This document shows, one piece after another, positions 1-9,232 of a stretch of DNA of 64,000 nucleotides; within the stretch, counting starts at the first letter, position 1, and each line of letters starts with the position of its first letter. Origin of the DNA: Candidatus Aenigmatarchaeota archaeon (lineage in GTDB: Archaea; Aenigmatarchaeota; Aenigmatarchaeia; CG10238-14; SCSR01). Position numbers and translations under genes: made by a program. The notes beneath the pieces were generated by a model. That model was not told where the DNA came from. It saw nothing but the letters and a program-made list of their open reading frames with translations, and ran no database searches. The stretch spans positions 14,076 to 78,075 of the forward strand of contig JACOWB010000008.1 in the NCBI GenBank assembly GCA_016177025.1, written 5' to 3'.

Positions 1-2479
1 CGAAAGAAAGACTCAAATTGAATTTCCTCCGGATATAATGATAACGACATTGGAACAACTGCAACCGATGCTGACAGGCAAAAACATAAGAGAACTTTTA
101 AGAAATGTCAAGCACATTGTCCTTGATGAAGTACATGAAGTCATTGATTCAAAGCGTGGCGTTCAGCTGGCTGTTGCGCTTGAGAGAATAAAGGAATTGT
201 GCGGCGATTTCCAACTTATAATGTTGTCCGCTACCGTATCCGACCCTGAGCGCGTTGCAGAATTTTTCTCTGGAGGAAAGATTACAAAAGTAGTGAATGC
301 TGATACCGATAAAAAATTTGAAATAACTGTAATTAATCCGAAGCCTGTTCCAGCAGATGACAAGATTGTTGGGAAGATATTCTCCTCAAAGGATACTGCA
401 GCGAGACTAAGGACGATAATGGACTTGATTAAGAATTCCAGGGCAACTCTGACATTTACGAACACAAGAGACTTTGCAGAAATACTGGCGTCAAGAATAA
501 GAGTTGTGGATAGCAAATTTCCTGTTGCCATACATCATGGCTCGCTGAGCAAGGACGTTAGGATAAAGGCTGAGAAAGAGTTTAAGGAGGAAAAAATCAA
601 GTCGCTGATTTCCACAAGCAGCCTGCAATTAGGCATCGACATAGGCAGCGTTGACCAGACCATACAATACATGTCGCCACGCCAGGTAAGCCAGTTGGTT
701 CAAAGAGTGGGAAGAAGCGGGCACGAGCTGTCGAAAGTCAGCAAAGGTATTGTAATCACCACGGGTGATGATGACATGTTCGAATCGACTGTAATCGCAA
801 GGAAAGCTTTGGCTGGAGAAATAGAGCAGATGACGCCGCACAGGAATTCTTATGATGTGCTAGCCCACCAGTTGATAGGTCTCACATTTGATTTCGGCAA
901 GGTAGAACTGGAAAAGGCCTACAGCATTATAAAACGGGCATATCCGTACCGAGATTTGACTTATCAGGAATTTCTTGATGTATGCAAGCAATTGGAAAGA
1001 CTGGGATTGATATTCATGGATGGCTATATCAAAAAGCGCATCAGGGGATTCCAGTATTATTTCGAAAATCTCAGCACGATTCCCAACATAAAACAATTCA
1101 GGGTGTTCAACATGTTCGACAATTCTTTTGTTGGCGTTCTGGATGAAGAATTTATTGCAGTTCATGGTGAGCCTAATACTACATTCATAGTTAAAGGCCA
1201 GCCGTGGAGGATTGTCACAGTCGAAGATGACAAAGTGATGGTGGAGCCTGTGGAGGATATAGAGGCTGCTGTTCCTGGATGGGAGGGGGAATTGATACCT
1301 GTTTTACATGATGTCACGCAAGAAGTTGGGTTGTTGAGAAGAACGATTGCCGAAAAATTGAAAACAGTGTCGCAGAGTGAAATCATAGGCGATTTGCAAA
1401 AGACATATCCGATTGACGAGAATTGCGCCAAAGAAATGATTGGTACAATCAAGAAGCAGGCTAAATTTGGTGTGGTTCCTGATGATAGGACTGTTCTTGT
1501 AGAAGATTATGAGAATTTGGTTGTCATTCATACATGCTATGGAAACAACGTTAACGAAACTTTGGGAAGATTTATTGTTGCTTTATTGACAAGCAGAGTT
1601 GGTTCTGTTGGATTGAAGACGGATCCCTACAGGATAATGATACAGTTCCAGAAGAAGAATGTGGACTTGATTAAGGAAATATTGTTCAACACAAAACCTG
1701 AGCATCTGCAGAGTTACCTTGAGATGTCGCTGGCTAATAGCGAGCTGTTTGCGTGGAAGTTTGTGCACGTGGCCAAAAGATTTGGCGCGATAACGAGAGA
1801 TGCCGAATTTGGCCAAGTTAGAATGAAAAAAATTATTGAAGATTATGTCGGGACGCCGATATACAAGGAGACATTAAAAGAACTGGAAACAGAAAAGTTC
1901 GACATATCGAAAGCTACAGAGATATTGCAGAAAATACAGAATAAAGAAATTAAAGTTGTTTTCAAGAATGGTCTGTCGTATCTGGGAAAAATTGGTGTAG
2001 AGCACAAGTATGCGGAAGTTGTCGGTCCTGAGAAGCCCGAGATGGAAATTTTTGAGTTGTTCAAGCAGAGGCTGCTGAACACGCAAATGAGACTGGTGTG
2101 TGTTAATTGTGGTGATTGGGATCAACTGTATTTTGTCAAAGAAGTGAATGACAGGGTTAAATGCAACAAATGCGATTCGAAATTGTTGGCGCCATTGAAG
2201 AAACAATGGATTGGTGGAGGTAAGGTTGTCAAGAAGGCTCTAAGAAAGATCGGAATGGACGAACTTGAAAGGAAGCGGTATGAAAATATGAAGAATAGGG
2301 CTGAACTTTTCATGTATTTTAGGGGCAAATCCGTCAAAGCTTTAGCCGGTAAAGGCGTAGGACCTACTACAGCTAAAAGGATTCTAGGAAAGTATCATAA
2401 GGATGACAACAACCTATTTAGGGATATATTAGAAGCGGAAAAGACTTTCGCGAAAACGAAGCGATATTGGAAGATTTAA
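1..2479 (+). CDS. SF2 ATP-dependent helicase (Lhr/Hel308-like), 3' portion; 5' end lies outside the window
   Basis: Reading frame is open to the window edge. DEVH box (VLDEVHEV), motif III (MLSAT), HHGSLS and QRVGRSGH helicase motifs; C-terminal CxxC...CxxC zinc ribbon. Confidence 0.75.
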   Translation, partial: ERKTQIEFPPDIMITTLEQLQPMLTGKNIRELLRNVKHIVLDEVHEVIDSKRGVQLAVALERIKELCGDFQLIMLSATVSDPERVAEFFSGGKITKVVNADTDKKFEITVINPKPVPADDKIVGKIFSSKDTAARLRTIMDLIKNSRATLTFTNTRDFAEILASRIRVVDSKFPVAIHHGSLSKDVRIKAEKEFKEEKIKSLISTSSLQLGIDIGSVDQTIQYMSPRQVSQLVQRVGRSGHELSKVSKGIVITTGDDDMFESTVIARKALAGEIEQMTPHRNSYDVLAHQLIGLTFDFGKVELEKAYSIIKRAYPYRDLTYQEFLDVCKQLERLGLIFMDGYIKKRIRGFQYYFENLSTIPNIKQFRVFNMFDNSFVGVLDEEFIAVHGEPNTTFIVKGQPWRIVTVEDDKVMVEPVEDIEAAVPGWEGELIPVLHDVTQEVGLLRRTIAEKLKTVSQSEIIGDLQKTYPIDENCAKEMIGTIKKQAKFGVVPDDRTVLVEDYENLVVIHTCYGNNVNETLGRFIVALLTSRVGSVGLKTDPYRIMIQFQKKNVDLIKEILFNTKPEHLQSYLEMSLANSELFAWKFVHVAKRFGAITRDAEFGQVRMKKIIEDYVGTPIYKETLKELETEKFDISKATEILQKIQNKEIKVVFKNGLSYLGKIGVEHKYAEVVGPEKPEMEIFELFKQRLLNTQMRLVCVNCGDWDQLYFVKEVNDRVKCNKCDSKLLAPLKKQWIGGGKVVKKALRKIGMDELERKRYENMKNRAELFMYFRGKSVKALAGKGVGPTTAKRILGKYHKDDNNLFRDILEAEKTFAKTKRYWKI

Positions 2480-2501
2480 AAGTAGCTTTCAATAGACAAT
2501 T

Positions 2502-3143
2502 ATGCCAGCGCTTGTAGTAAGTATAGATGGGCCAGACTTCTCGGGCAAGTCCACAATAGCGAATCTTTTAATGGAAATACTGCGAAAGAGTAACAATGAC
2601 ATCATATTCAAGCGAACGGAAGTCCCTAGCACTTTAAGCACAGGGTTTTTCACAAAGATTCTTCGGAACTCTGCGGACGAAATTTCGTCTAACGTGTTTG
2701 CCTTGGCATATGCCACCGATCATCTGCACCACTATGAGACTGTGATCGAACCATTGAACGGATCGGGGAAAAATTATGTGGTTATCCAAGAACGCTCACT
2801 TCTGTCCACATATATTTATCAAAGCTTGATAGGTAAGACAGATTTGAAATGGTTGAAAGAAATAAACAAATTTGACAAAAATATACCTAACTTGACAATT
2901 CTACTGAAGGTTCCTGCGAATGAAATCATAAAAAGGAGCCAATTGGAAAAAAGAGATCACGACAAGTTTGAGACACCAGAACACCTTGAGGAAGAATTAA
3001 AAGTTTACTACAATTTACCTGAAGAGCTGGCAAATGAGTTTAATGTCGAATATATAGATGCTGGAGACAACCCAGAAAACGTAGCTGAAAGATGCGCGAA
3101 AAGAATTCAGAAAGAAATTGATGAAAGATTAAAGTGGCACTAG
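2502..3143 (+). CDS. tmk: thymidylate kinase
   Basis: P-loop DGPDFSGKST at N-terminus; ~210 aa; typical dTMP-kinase length and lid region. Confidence 0.75.
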   Translation: MPALVVSIDGPDFSGKSTIANLLMEILRKSNNDIIFKRTEVPSTLSTGFFTKILRNSADEISSNVFALAYATDHLHHYETVIEPLNGSGKNYVVIQERSLLSTYIYQSLIGKTDLKWLKEINKFDKNIPNLTILLKVPANEIIKRSQLEKRDHDKFETPEHLEEELKVYYNLPEELANEFNVEYIDAGDNPENVAERCAKRIQKEIDERLKWH

Positions 3144-3144
3144 A

Positions 3145-3597
3145 TTATTTTGTCGACCAGTAAGTTCCCTTCTTCTTTTTCCACATGACGTAATCCTTCA
3201 GGATTTTTGTGTGGTCAAACCCTAGCTTCTTAGATTTGACTTTATCGATATCGCACCAAATGGGTTCGCCTTCAAAACTTCCTCTTAATCTTCCTCCGAT
3301 GGGTTCCATAATAAAAGCAACTGACACAGAAAGAAATCTAGGATCTCTAGACTTTCCAGAATAAACGCCGAGTATCTCTTTTATCCTGACTTTAAGCCCT
3401 GTTTCCTCTCGGGATTCCCTAACAACAGCGTGCTCGATAGTTTCACCATATTCAACCATCCCACCTGGAAGCTGCAACATTCCTTTGAACGGAGTTATCG
3501 TTCGCTTTGACAAAACTATTTTGTTCTTCTTCACAATCAGAGGGTCTACCGCAATCTTTGGTGATTTAGACGGTTCTTTCCAACTACTGACCTTCAT
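3145..3597 (-). CDS. NUDIX hydrolase
   Basis: Nudix box GGMVEYGETIEHAVVRESREETGL (Gx5Ex7REUxEExGU). Confidence 0.8.
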   Translation of the reverse strand: MKVSSWKEPSKSPKIAVDPLIVKKNKIVLSKRTITPFKGMLQLPGGMVEYGETIEHAVVRESREETGLKVRIKEILGVYSGKSRDPRFLSVSVAFIMEPIGGRLRGSFEGEPIWCDIDKVKSKKLGFDHTKILKDYVMWKKKKGTYWSTK

Positions 3598-3600
3598 ATA

Positions 3601-3750
3601 TTAACTAACGTATCCCTTTACTAATAATCGTCCCAACTCCGTCAATCGAACCTTTATCCTCCCTCGTTTTTCTTCAGTTTCAACCAGTCCCATCGTTTTC
3701 AATCCTTCCGACTTCATGTTTCCAACCGGAGCTATCATTGTGTATTTCAT
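3601..3750 (-). pseudogene. remnant (49 codons) of a paralog of the CARF-like/wHTH regulator at 18332-18982; N-terminal 10 aa fused to C-terminal ~37 aa
   Basis: Translation MKYTMIAPVGNMKSEGLKTMGLVETEEKRGRIKVRLTELGRLLVKGYVS matches the first 10 and last ~40 residues of the 216-aa protein. The adjacent 5' region is also conserved. Confidence 0.5.
3667..3707. repeat. 41-nt exact repeat shared with 18416-18456 (3' end of regulator gene copies)
   Basis: TTTTTCTTCAGTTTCAACCAGTCCCATCGTTTTCAATCCTT is identical at both loci; flanks are ~70-85% identical. Confidence 0.7.
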
Positions 3751-3835
3751 GATAAATTAAATGTTTCCTTATCTTTTAAATCTAATGTTTAATTGTTAAA
3801 TGCCACTTATATAGTGGCAAATTGTCTTCTTAATA
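3751..3835 (-). promoter_or_regulatory. conserved 5' region (TATA-like TTAAAAG plus AAGGA SD-like) shared with the promoter of the 18332-18982 gene
   Basis: About 85% identity over ~50 nt with 18983-19035. Contains TTAAAAGATAAGGA on the coding strand about 12-25 nt upstream of the ATG. Confidence 0.35.
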
Positions 3836-3839
3836 AAAG

Positions 3840-4574
3840 GTGAAAACGATTAAAGTAAGTTTCGATGTCTCCAAATCAACGGTTGCTTTGCTTGTGTTCG
3901 CACTAGGCATAGGATACTTATTAGGAAATGTATTCGGAGTGTCCAGTTTTACAGGAAAGACTACTGAAATTACAGCTATAACTCAGACACAGCCTACGCA
4001 ACAGCAACAACCGTCAAAAGTTCAAGTATCGATTGATGATGATCCTTCAATGGGCGAAAAGGATGCCAAAGTTATAGTTATAGAATTTTCTGATTTCCAA
4101 TGTCCGTTCTGTAGAAGATCCTACACAGATACAATATCTCAACTGAAGAAGGATTATATTGATACAGGGAAGGTGCTTTTTGTATACAGAGATTTCCCAT
4201 TAAGCTCCATACATCCTAGCGCATCATCTGCTGCCATGGCTGCCAACTGTGCGAATGAACAAGGCAAGTTCTGGGAAATGCACAACAAAATATTTGATGA
4301 ACAAAACAAGCAAGGGCAGGGAACAGTACAATTTTCTAGTGATGACTTGAAGAAATGGGCCGATGAGATTGGTTTAGACACTGATAAATTCAATTCTTGC
4401 TTAGACTCACAAAAATACAAAGATGAAGTTGATAAAGACTTTCAAGACGGTGTAACAGCTGGCGTCACAGGGACTCCGACATTCTATATAGGGAATCCAA
4501 AAGACGGATATACAGAAATCGTAGGTGCTCAACCGTATTCTGTTATCAGGCAAGTGATAGATTCAATGCTTTAA
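3840..4574 (+). CDS. DsbA-like thiol:disulfide oxidoreductase (thioredoxin fold), N-terminal signal anchor
   Basis: FQCPFCRR CxxC active site in DsbA-like context; hydrophobic N-terminal segment; GTG start. Confidence 0.7.
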   Translation: MKTIKVSFDVSKSTVALLVFALGIGYLLGNVFGVSSFTGKTTEITAITQTQPTQQQQPSKVQVSIDDDPSMGEKDAKVIVIEFSDFQCPFCRRSYTDTISQLKKDYIDTGKVLFVYRDFPLSSIHPSASSAAMAANCANEQGKFWEMHNKIFDEQNKQGQGTVQFSSDDLKKWADEIGLDTDKFNSCLDSQKYKDEVDKDFQDGVTAGVTGTPTFYIGNPKDGYTEIVGAQPYSVIRQVIDSML

Positions 4575-5143
4575 TGAACATTATGGGAAAAAGGAATGTA
4601 TTTGTACATAACTTGAAAGAAATAAAAGAGTCTGTAGTGCTCGTCTTTAGCAAACAGGTTTATATATTTTCCGCGATTTCAATTTCAGCTTTTCTTTTTT
4701 TCTTATTTATTTTCCTTACAAACATGCCACTCTTTCTCCAAGCATGGTCGGTGGGCGGATTTGCACTTTTTCCTAAAGTTTCGTTGAATATTATCAATAC
4801 TATCTTGTCTGTTTCGGGTAACTTGGCTTTAAGCCTGATGGTTGCTGTAGCTCTAGCCGGGGGAATTAACATTTCCATGATTGCTTTCAAGTTTCTGGCA
4901 ACAAGAAACAGAGAAATTAATTTGTTCAGCATAGGCGGCTTAATCGGGAGTGCATTCGGTGCAGGCTGTCCTGCCTGTTCAACCTCCTTACTTTCGATAT
5001 TAGGTGTTACGGGCGGTTTGTCAATTCTTCCCTTCAAAGGTATTGAGTTCACATTCAGCGGTTTGATAATTCTTCTTATTTCTTTATATTTTATAGCCAA
5101 GTCAATAAGTAATTGCGAAGAGTGCAAGATTAGAGCTAATTAG
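4574..5143 (+). CDS. polytopic membrane protein with intramembrane GAGCPAC motif and C-terminal CEEC; candidate redox partner of DsbA or metal permease
   Basis: About 5 predicted TM helices. GSAFGAGCPACSTSLLSILG lies in a hydrophobic segment; NCEECK is at the C-terminus. N-terminal domain of the 7581-9002 protein shares the same motif arrangement. Confidence 0.45.
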   Translation: MNIMGKRNVFVHNLKEIKESVVLVFSKQVYIFSAISISAFLFFLFIFLTNMPLFLQAWSVGGFALFPKVSLNIINTILSVSGNLALSLMVAVALAGGINISMIAFKFLATRNREINLFSIGGLIGSAFGAGCPACSTSLLSILGVTGGLSILPFKGIEFTFSGLIILLISLYFIAKSISNCEECKIRAN

Positions 5144-5196
5144 TTTGATTTAACTTAATCAAAAGATTTAAATAGTATATATGCCATAGATATCAT

Positions 5197-5508
5197 ATGA
5201 TAAAAACACCATATAAATTATTCTTCGGTACATTAAGCAATGAGATAAGATTAAAAATATTGCATGCATTAGCGGAAAAACCTAAAAACGTCACACAACT
5301 TACTAATGAACTCGGGTTTGACCAAACAACTGTGTCAAAGAACTTAAAGCGTTTGGCTACATGCCAATTTATTACAAACAAGAAAATAGGAAAACACAGC
5401 ATCTACTCTTTAAATAAGAAGACCATCTTGCCTTTGCTCAAGCTTATAGATAGACATGTTGATAAGTATTGTAAAAACTGCGAGTTGCTCCTGAATGAAA
5501 GAATATGA
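5197..5508 (+). CDS. ArsR/SmtB-family HTH transcriptional regulator (archaeal MerR-like position)
   Basis: ArsR HTH signature LKILHALAEKPKNVTQLTNELGFDQTTVSKNLKRL. Immediately upstream of and overlapping the merA-like gene. Confidence 0.75.
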   Translation: MIKTPYKLFFGTLSNEIRLKILHALAEKPKNVTQLTNELGFDQTTVSKNLKRLATCQFITNKKIGKHSIYSLNKKTILPLLKLIDRHVDKYCKNCELLLNERI

Positions 5509-6782
5509 TTTAATAATCTTGGGTCAAGGGTCAGCCGCATTTGCTGCAGCAATAAAAGCAAATGATTTAGGAATAAAAACAGCTATGGTTGGTGGCAATG
5601 CCACTTCCGGTGCGTTAATAGGTGGTACTTGTGTTAATGTTGGTTGCATGCCAAGCAAGAATCTAATCACAGTGGGGACCCTCTATTACCATGCGGTGAA
5701 TAATTCTTTCGAAGGGATTAAATATGGAAAAGGAAGACTCAATTTCAAGAAAGTTATCGAACAAAAGGATAGGCTTGTAAAGAAGTTTAGAAAAGAAAAA
5801 TATGCTGATGTTGTGAAAGGTTTGGAGAACGTGACTTATTTTGAAGGCAAAGGTAAGTTCATTTCTAAGGATGAAGTCGAAGTTGAAGGTAAAACACTAA
5901 AAGGAAAAAAGTTCTTGGTTGCTGTCGGTGCAATATCTAACATAATTCCTGTTCAAGGAATAGAAAAAATAGAGTACCTAACAAATGAAGAAGCTCTGAG
6001 TTTGAAGGAATTACCTAAATCAATGTGTGTCATTGGTGGCAGGGCTTTAGGACTGGAATTTGCACAAATGTATGCACACTTTGGAACTAAGGTAACAGTT
6101 TTGCAAAGAAGCGATAGAATTCTTCCAGAGGGGGAACCTGAAATTTCTGAAGCATTGAGAAAATACTTGGAAGAAGAAGGTATAATTATTTACACAGGGA
6201 CAGAGATTAACAGTGTAGATAAGAAAGGGAAAAATAAAACTGTTAATTTCACTGTTGGCAATGAAACAAAAGAAGCTGAATTTGAGCAAATTCTATTTGC
6301 AACTGGCAGAAAACCAAATACAGAAAATCTGGGATTAGAGAAAGTAGACGTGAAAACTGATGAAAAGGGTTTCATTATAGTGAATGATGAAATGCAAACA
6401 TCTGCACCAAGTATTTGGGCTGCCGGAGACGTCATTGGGGAACCTATGCTGGAAACTATTGCAGCGAAAGAAGGTGCTGTAGCAGTGGATAATGCTTTTA
6501 CGGAAAGCAAAAGGAAGATTAATTTTAATGAAGTTCCTTCTGCTGTATTTACCTATCCTGATAGTTGCAGACAATGATACAAAACAGATTGTGGGCGTTC
6601 ATATAGTAGCACCCCACGCAGCCGATCTTATACATGAAGGAACGCTAGCCGTTAAATTCAAGATGAAAATAGATGACATAATTGACACAGTCCATGTTTT
6701 TCCAACATTATCTGAAGCGATTAAATTAGCTGCACAGTCATTCTATAAGGATGTTAGCAGGCTGAGCTGTTGTACCGAGTGA
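5495..6782 (+). pseudogene. merA: mercuric reductase (MerA)-like pyridine nucleotide-disulfide oxidoreductase, disrupted by an internal deletion and a frameshift
   Basis: N-terminal FAD motif and redox-active GGTCVNVGCMPSK (CxxxxC). The dimerisation domain ([15 protein letters not shown]...[15 protein letters not shown]) continues in a second frame from ~6580. The C-terminus [11 protein letters not shown] carries the MerA-type vicinal Cys pair. About 45 aa of the interface domain is missing between TYPD and KQIVGV. Confidence 0.6.
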
Positions 6783-6894
6783 CATTTTTGGTTATAGTAG
6801 GTGATTATCTGTTTTTATCGTCGGTATTCGTAGAAGAATTTGCATCTTTACTCTTTTCCCAATAATTTAAATCTTAATTAACAATAGGATTGTT

Positions 6895-7566
6895 ATGGAA
6901 AAAGTTTCTTGTGATGTCTGCGGTAGAAAGTTCAAGACTAGTGAAGCCTTGACCCAACATAAAAATGATGCGCATAAACAGACTAGTGACGAAAAACAAC
7001 AAAGAAAAAAGAAGATATCAACAGGTAAGATACTTGCTTTTTTGATACCATCCTTGATTGTTTTAGGCATTGGATACGGGATTTATTGGGCTTTGTCAAC
7101 AGAAGGTGTGGGAACTATTGGGTCAACGCATATCCACGCTGACTTTGCTGTTTTTCTGGATAGTGAAGAAATTACCCCGCTTCCAGAGCAGTATTTTGTA
7201 GCTAGTCCGTATGTGCATGTCGAGACTGGAGCTGGAGCTGGTACTGTAATTCATATACATGCCACTGACGTACCTCTGAAGATGTTTTTCAACAGTCTCG
7301 GTATGAAGTTTAACTCAGAGTGTTTCGAAGCTGGTCAGGACAACAAATACTGTAATTACGGTGATACTACTCTGAAAATGTTTGTAAAGCATGCTAATAG
7401 TACATGGGAACAGAATTTCGAATATGAAAAATACATCTCCCAAGATTTGGATAAAATATTGATTACATACGGGAGCGACACGGACGAGGAGATTCAGCTA
7501 CAACAGAATAATGTAACAGATTTCTCAAAAGACAACTCTGGCAGAAGCATGGCTCTAAGAAGATAA
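6895..7566 (+). CDS. membrane protein: N-terminal C2H2/zinc-ribbon-like Cys2His2 element, one TM helix, extracytoplasmic His-rich domain (paralog family A)
   Basis: CDVCGRKFKTSEALTQHKNDAH; TM ILAFLIPSLIVLGIGYGIYWAL; then HIHADF...IHIHATD...KMFFNSLG...C...C, homologous to 10042-10551 and 14344-15015. Confidence 0.55.
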   Translation: MEKVSCDVCGRKFKTSEALTQHKNDAHKQTSDEKQQRKKKISTGKILAFLIPSLIVLGIGYGIYWALSTEGVGTIGSTHIHADFAVFLDSEEITPLPEQYFVASPYVHVETGAGAGTVIHIHATDVPLKMFFNSLGMKFNSECFEAGQDNKYCNYGDTTLKMFVKHANSTWEQNFEYEKYISQDLDKILITYGSDTDEEIQLQQNNVTDFSKDNSGRSMALRR

Positions 7567-7580
7567 ATTTAATAGCTCTA

Positions 7581-9002
7581 ATGGAGAAAGAATATATAAT
7601 GAAACGGAAATCCGGCATTCGAGAAATGGTATCGAACACATTTACCGTTGTAGCACGCAAAAATCTTGCGTTCTTTCTGATTTCATTAATAGCATTCACC
7701 CTTCTATATCTGTTCTTTTACGGTGTTTTCACAATCCCTGTCCTTGAGATAGGATTCTTCAAGGATGTCAAGCCTGGTGCATTTGATTACTTCTACATTT
7801 TCTCTTCGTCTTTATTGTCGGCATTGATAGTGACGTTGACAAAATATTCAATCACGAACAAAGTTCTTACCAGAGGAACATCCATTTTTGGCATATCTGC
7901 AGGTGTATTCGGTGCAATATGCCCTGTATGCTTGGGTGTGAATTTCCTAGTATTTGGTAGTTTTGTAACGCTTCCTCTGGTTTCATTGATTCCTTATTTA
8001 TTCTGGATACAGCTTGCTGGTCTCACGTTATTGACATTGGGCTTAGGGGCGACTATAAAAAATTCTTATGATAATATTTGCCTGGCATGCACAACTGAGA
8101 TTAAAGAAAAGAAAATCAAGACAAGTCTATTGGGTAGTACACTAAATCCTTTCCAAAGTTTTGTATTTTTTGCGTTATTGCTGTTGGCTATTTTTGCCTT
8201 GGGGTATCAGATTCTACCGCTGGTGTTGGGAGACGTATTTACTAGCACGGGTGCAGCAGTCGCTACAAATGGTCATGATAGTGATTTAGATTTAGAAACA
8301 GTAGTTTCGCAGGTTCTTCCTGAAGAAGGATTTACAATAGATGCTATATGGGAGGACTCTGTAAGCAAGATGGTGAAAGCTGGTACATTAGATATTGATA
8401 AATTGAACGACATATTGACAAAGCGGTATGGTCAACCATTGACAGAAGAACAGAAGAAACTATTGACATCGGATTATTCTAATGAAAAACTTACAATAAA
8501 CTCAAAGAATGCGGTTTTCATGATGTATGTTCTTTGGGCTCTAGCGAAAGACAATGACAACCAGATTCTGCATGACAGTCCGTTTGCACAGTATTTTGAA
8601 GATTATGATATAGGAGTTGGTAAGGCTGGTTATGGTGATACTAAATTAATTGACTTGACTCCCGAGCAGCAGGAGATTGCAAAATACGCTGCACTTAATT
8701 CCTACAGACCATGCTGCGGCAATCCTACAGGTCATCCCGATTGTTCGCACGGATTTTCTGCATTGGGGTTGATTGAATTGATGGCAGAACAAGGATATAC
8801 CAAAGAACAGATATTCGATGCTTTCGTGAAATTCAACTCATACTGGTTCCCGTCCACGTATATCCAAGATGCGCTATACTTTAAATTGGCAGAAAACAAA
8901 GATTGGAGTGATGTTGACAGAGAACTTGTTGCTGGAAAGCAGTATTCGTCCTTATCTGGCTCTTATGCGGTTAAGCAATACTTGCAAAATCTAGGAGTAT
9001 AG
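7581..9002 (+). CDS. large membrane protein: N-terminal domain with intramembrane GAICPVCLG and loop CLAC motifs; C-terminal soluble Cys-containing domain of unknown function
   Basis: About 6 TM helices in the first ~200 aa, paralogous to the 4574-5143 protein. C-terminal domain contains PCCGNPTGHPDCSHG. Confidence 0.5.
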   Translation: MEKEYIMKRKSGIREMVSNTFTVVARKNLAFFLISLIAFTLLYLFFYGVFTIPVLEIGFFKDVKPGAFDYFYIFSSSLLSALIVTLTKYSITNKVLTRGTSIFGISAGVFGAICPVCLGVNFLVFGSFVTLPLVSLIPYLFWIQLAGLTLLTLGLGATIKNSYDNICLACTTEIKEKKIKTSLLGSTLNPFQSFVFFALLLLAIFALGYQILPLVLGDVFTSTGAAVATNGHDSDLDLETVVSQVLPEEGFTIDAIWEDSVSKMVKAGTLDIDKLNDILTKRYGQPLTEEQKKLLTSDYSNEKLTINSKNAVFMMYVLWALAKDNDNQILHDSPFAQYFEDYDIGVGKAGYGDTKLIDLTPEQQEIAKYAALNSYRPCCGNPTGHPDCSHGFSALGLIELMAEQGYTKEQIFDAFVKFNSYWFPSTYIQDALYFKLAENKDWSDVDRELVAGKQYSSLSGSYAVKQYLQNLGV

Positions 9003-9012
9003 GAGGTTAAAA

Positions 9013-9204
9013 ATGAATACAAATGTCGTGTTGCTTGCGCTGATAGGCATACTGGTGTTGATGGCTGGAATACAGGCTTTCCAATTGACTACACTGTCAC
9101 AGGCTATCTCCGGCGGTACATTAATGTCCTCATCAGTGTCAGGTGCGGGATCTGGCGTACTATCGCAACTGTCGCAAGCTTCACAAGTCGGCGGATGCGG
9201 ATAG
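9013..9204 (+). CDS. small secreted/membrane-anchored Ser/Gly-rich peptide ending in GGCG
   Basis: 63 aa; hydrophobic N-terminus then S/G-rich tail with C-terminal ...VGGCG; AGGAGG RBS 8 nt upstream. Confidence 0.4.
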   Translation: MNTNVVLLALIGILVLMAGIQAFQLTTLSQAISGGTLMSSSVSGAGSGVLSQLSQASQVGGCG

Positions 9205-9232
9205 GTTTTCTTCTTTAATTGGAGATGAATAA

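Noticed and set aside
6895-6990. C2H2 finger at the N-terminus of the 6895-7566 protein as a DNA-binding transcription factor
   Set aside because: A single finger is followed directly by a TM helix and an extracytoplasmic domain. A metal-binding or membrane-proximal role is more plausible than a classical transcription factor. The possibility is kept open in findings.
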